Position numbers and translations under genes: made by a program. A DNA stretch of 64,000 bases from Candidatus Latescibacterota bacterium (GTDB lineage Bacteria; Latescibacterota; UBA2968): positions 384,001 through 448,000 of the forward strand of contig OZ244960.1 in assembly GCA_965222605.1 (NCBI GenBank), given 5' to 3'. How positions within the stretch are numbered: the first letter of the stretch is position 1; each line of letters opens with the position of its first letter. The notes under the pieces were generated by a model that did not search any database, was not told the DNA's origin, and saw nothing but the letters and a program-made list of their open reading frames with translations. Below, in pieces: positions 60,704 to 64,000 of this stretch.

Positions 60704-60718
60704 TGGCACACTTTTTGC
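60704..60718 (+). promoter_or_regulatory. Sigma-54 -24/-12 promoter
   Basis: TGGCAC-ACTTT-TTGC. Confidence 0.78.
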
Positions 60719-60784
60719 ATGTAAACTAATGTTCAAGTCTCGTCAGATGGAATTGACCAATTTTGGGTAACATTTATTGAAGGA

Positions 60785-62932
60785 GTGTGGAATATAAAAA
60801 AAACCTGGGTGTTTATGAATGTTATCGCTCTTGCGGCACTGGTATGTGTGGGGTATGTCTCTGCTAATACGACACCTTCTGCGGACTTTGATGGAGATGG
60901 TATCGTAGGTATTCCTGACTTTTTGGAGTTTGTGGAGAAGTTCGGATCCCGTCAAGGCGATGGGACATATCAAGCCAAGTATGATCTGGACGGCAATGGT
61001 GTGATTGGGATACCAGACTTTTTGATATTTGTCGATTCGTTTGGCAAAGAAGTGCCGTCACAGACAGTGAGGTTGTCGGTGTGTGACCGTACGGGTGCCG
61101 TGCGCGACTCGATTGTGGCATTAGTGCCTGTAAGCACTTGCGGCGATGTGACAGCGGCGCATCTGTCTGTAATAGATTCTCTCAGTCTTGCTGGCGCAAG
61201 GCTCACAGCACTGAAGGCTGGGGATTTATCTGGTCTGACAGGTCTGACAAAGCTCAGCCTGCAAGAGAATCGACTCAGTAGCTTGCCCGATGGTCTCTTT
61301 GATGACCTGACCGCGCTTAGCAGGCTCTATCTGGAAGAGAATCGACTGACGTCAATCCCTTCCGAATTGTTCAGCCTTTCTAATCTCACTTACCTGAACC
61401 TCGGTGACAATCGGTTGAGTGGTGAGATTCCAAAAGAATTGGGCAACCTATCTAACCTTACGCTACTGGCTCTTCACAGTAATCAGTTGGGTGGTGAGAT
61501 TCCAAAAGAATTGGGCAACCTGTCTAATCTTACAGTACTGAGGCTTTATAGTAATCAGTTGGGTGGTGAGATTCCAAAAGAATTGGGCAATCTGTCCAAG
61601 CTCACTGAACTGGACCTCGGCGACAATCAGTTGAGTGGTGAGATTCCAAAAGAATTGGGCAATCTGTCTAACCTTACAGTACTGGGTCTTAACCTTAGTC
61701 AGTTGAGTGGTGAGATTCCAGGAGAATTGGGTAAACTCTCTAACCTTACAATACTGGCTCTTCACAGCAATCAGTTGAGTGGTAGGATTCCAGCAGAATT
61801 AGGTAAACTCTCTAATCTTGAGATTCTGAGGCTCGAGGATAACGCATCCTTGACAGGTGCGCTTCCCCAAAGCCTGACCGGGCTGACAAAGCTGACGCAA
61901 TTTTACTTTAATAACACAGGGTTATGCGCGCCGCTTGATGCTGCCTTTCAGATGTGGCTTCAGGGCATTGCAGAAACCAATGGCTCGAATTGTACAGTAG
62001 GGTTGTCGGTATGTGACCGCACGGGTGCTGTGCGCGACGGGATTGTAGCATTAGTACCTGTAAGTGCTTGCGGCGATGTGACAGCGGAGCATTTGGCTGC
62101 GATAAATTCTCTCAATTTGGCTGGCGCAAGCCTCACAGAATTGAAGGCTGGGGATTTTTCTGGTCTGACTGGTCTGGCAACGCTCAGTCTGCAAGGGAAT
62201 CAACTTAGTAGCCTGCCCGATGGTCTCTTTGATGATCTGGCCTCACTCGGTTGGCTCTATCTGGGCGGTAATCAACTGACTGCAATTCCCTCCGAATTGT
62301 TCACTCTTCCCAATCTTACACTACTGCATCTTTGGGGCAATCAGTTGGGTGGTGAAATTCCAACAGAATTGGACAATCTGTCCAATCTCACGGTCCTGGA
62401 TCTCGGCGATAATCAGTTGAGTGGTGAGATACCAACAGAATTGGGCAACCTATCTAACCTTACACTACTGAGTCTTCGCAGCAATCAGTTGAGTGGTGCG
62501 ATTCCAACAGAATTGGGCAACCTATCTAACCTTACACTACTGAGTCTTCACAACAATCAGTTGAGTGGTGCGATTCCAACAGAATTGGGCAATCTTTCTA
62601 ACCTTACGCAACTGTATCTTGGCATCAATCAGTTGAGTGGTGCGATTCCAACAGAATTGGGCAATCTTTCTAACCTTACGCAACTGTATCTTGGCATCAA
62701 TCAGTTGGAAGGTCAGATTCCAACAGCATTGGGCAACTTGTCCAATCTTGAGGTTCTGTGGCTCCAGGATAACACATCCTTGATGGGGGCGTTACCTCAA
62801 AGCCTGAGTGGGCTGACGAAGCTGACGCAATTTTACTTTAATAACACAGGGCTATGTGCGCCGCTTGATGCTGCCTTTCAGGCGTGGCTTCAGGGCATTA
62901 CAGATGCCAGTGGCTCGAATTGCTCGGGATAG
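60785..62932 (+). CDS. Secreted EF-hand-tagged leucine-rich repeat protein with two tandem plant-type LRR modules
   Basis: Signal peptide; DFDGDGIVGIPDF; 24-aa LxxLxLxxNQLSGEIPxELGN repeats; duplicated caps SVCDRTGAVRD and LCAPLDAAFQxWL. Confidence 0.92.
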   Translation: MWNIKKTWVFMNVIALAALVCVGYVSANTTPSADFDGDGIVGIPDFLEFVEKFGSRQGDGTYQAKYDLDGNGVIGIPDFLIFVDSFGKEVPSQTVRLSVCDRTGAVRDSIVALVPVSTCGDVTAAHLSVIDSLSLAGARLTALKAGDLSGLTGLTKLSLQENRLSSLPDGLFDDLTALSRLYLEENRLTSIPSELFSLSNLTYLNLGDNRLSGEIPKELGNLSNLTLLALHSNQLGGEIPKELGNLSNLTVLRLYSNQLGGEIPKELGNLSKLTELDLGDNQLSGEIPKELGNLSNLTVLGLNLSQLSGEIPGELGKLSNLTILALHSNQLSGRIPAELGKLSNLEILRLEDNASLTGALPQSLTGLTKLTQFYFNNTGLCAPLDAAFQMWLQGIAETNGSNCTVGLSVCDRTGAVRDGIVALVPVSACGDVTAEHLAAINSLNLAGASLTELKAGDFSGLTGLATLSLQGNQLSSLPDGLFDDLASLGWLYLGGNQLTAIPSELFTLPNLTLLHLWGNQLGGEIPTELDNLSNLTVLDLGDNQLSGEIPTELGNLSNLTLLSLRSNQLSGAIPTELGNLSNLTLLSLHNNQLSGAIPTELGNLSNLTQLYLGINQLSGAIPTELGNLSNLTQLYLGINQLEGQIPTALGNLSNLEVLWLQDNTSLMGALPQSLSGLTKLTQFYFNNTGLCAPLDAAFQAWLQGITDASGSNCSG

Positions 62933-63035
62933 GACGCGCGAACGGATGACAAACCGTCGGAAGGAAAATTCTAAGATGATATAAGCCCCAACCCACTCTC
63001 CCAAGCAGGTATTATCAGGTATAGGGTTGGGACAA

Positions 63036-63092
63036 GACGGGCGCCAGCAGGAGAATGAGTGACCCGGCGCCCGTCGCTGTTCTTTATTTTTT
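63036..63092 (+). terminator. Terminator after the LRR gene
   Basis: GACGGGCGCC...GGCGCCCGTC followed by a T-rich tract. Confidence 0.6.
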
Positions 63093-63098
63093 GATAAC

Positions 63099-63340
63099 TG
63101 GAGTTACCCCGCTTTAGTGTATAGTGTAGAAGGTTCCACCGAAGCATCTTATGTCAACTGTGGACTTGACCCGCTTTGGTGGAGTATTTAGAGCTTGGGT
63201 TTCAAGCCTGTGATTGATGCAGCTTGCCGTATAGAATCATTACGGCACATGCTTCGTAAGCTATCGGCGCATGATAGGCGATGGAAGAATGCCTGCGATG
63301 CGGATTATACCATCCTTCAATGTAGAAGAAGATGGCCAAC
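63099..63340 (-). mobile_element. IS3 family remnant: two IR-like ends plus a transposase C-terminal fragment
   Basis: TGGAGTTACCCCGCTTT (63099) and TGGACTTGACCCGCTTT (63161); AIFFYIEGWYNPHRRHSSIAY. Confidence 0.75.
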
Positions 63341-63425
63341 GGTGCTTCCTTGTGTGTATGGAAATAGCAACCATTCGTAGGCATTGTGCTTATCGGTGGT
63401 TGCTTTTAATGAAAGGTGAGACGTC

Positions 63426-64000
63426 ATGCATGGAGTGATCAGGAGTTTTGTTATAATCCTGTTGGGGTTCTTCACGGTTGCATCCGCCCAACTACCACCG
63501 GAGACTCTGGCGGACAAATATCTGATTCAGGCAGAACAGCTACTTGAAAAAAAAGACTATGTGGCTGCGCTCAACATGATGGACAAGATCATCGCGCTTC
63601 AAAAAGAGCACAATATCACATTACTGGACGAGTTCCACTTCAAGTATGCCCAGGTTGCCTTTTCAACAGGCTCGATGCAGACCGCGCTTGAGGCGGTGAG
63701 CAAGTATCTGTCAGTAGGGAGGGAAGGCGAGTTTTACAAGGAGGCACTGGCGTTGTTGATCAAGATTGAGGAGGCACTTGAGGGGCTTAAGGTCACTCCT
63801 GAGAATACATGTGATGGAAAGCCTGTAGGCTCGAGTTGTTGGATGGCGTTGACCAACCAGCCTGAATGCTATGTCTGGAATTCCCATCTTATGAATCACG
63901 AGACCCGGACTTACGATCCCCTGAAGGACGAGACCGTGACCTGGTCTGGCGAGTGTTCTGGTGGCTTTGCCCAGGGTAAGGGAACACTCATCTGGAATTA
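63426..64000 (+). CDS. Secreted protein with a TPR-like N-terminal domain, a Cys-containing module and a MORN-like start; runs off the window
   Basis: Hand translation MHGVIRSFVIILLGFFTVASAQLPPETLADKYLIQAEQ...FHFKYAQ...TVTWSGECSGGFAQGKGTLIWN; not in the ORF track. Confidence 0.8.
   Translation, partial: MHGVIRSFVIILLGFFTVASAQLPPETLADKYLIQAEQLLEKKDYVAALNMMDKIIALQKEHNITLLDEFHFKYAQVAFSTGSMQTALEAVSKYLSVGREGEFYKEALALLIKIEEALEGLKVTPENTCDGKPVGSSCWMALTNQPECYVWNSHLMNHETRTYDPLKDETVTWSGECSGGFAQGKGTLIWN

Noticed and set aside
61370-62760. Regularly spaced repeats resembling a CRISPR array
   Set aside because: 72-bp in-frame period encoding LRR units; no unique spacers and no cas genes in the window
61075-62925. 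Duplicated modules as a DGR template/variable repeat pair
   Set aside because: No reverse transcriptase in the window, both copies are in-frame coding sequence, and the differences did not look adenine-specific

Overview
Bacterial chromosomal window. The paired EF-hand/dockerin-like tags, plant-type LRR proteins and TPR-capped secreted proteins suggest a host-associated lineage such as sponge-symbiont Latescibacterota/Gemmatimonadota (inference only). From left to right: (1) a large minus-strand REase-TPR-GreA/B-C gene (<1..2818) missing from the ORF track; (2) a Dpp/Opp-type ABC importer operon with an HpcH aldolase; (3) a defence cassette: helicase-less type ISP/IIG-like R-M enzyme, SMEK-STAND (Avs-like) NTPase, DUF2806 protein, VapC and an antitoxin-like gene; (4) an export locus: cNMP-C39-ABC transporter (PCAT), HlyD, PpiC-type rotamase, an exported M16 peptidase pair, a CxxC-rich membrane protein, a REC-AraC regulator behind sigma-54 boxes, and a very acidic Cys-rich 192-aa cargo with a double-glycine leader; (5) housekeeping genes (rnhB-yraN fusion, hisS, aspS, phoH, 7TM-HD, ybeY, CorC-like) ending at tRNA-fMet; (6) an IS-riddled island starting at the tRNA, in which a soluble beta-propeller/Y_Y_Y sigma-54 activator lies between two copies of a ~130-bp enhancer/IHF-like cassette, each followed by a -24/-12 box upstream of an EF-hand-tagged surface-protein gene. 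The best candidates for an undescribed system are (4) and (6). All calls come from motif recognition by eye; no database searches were run.
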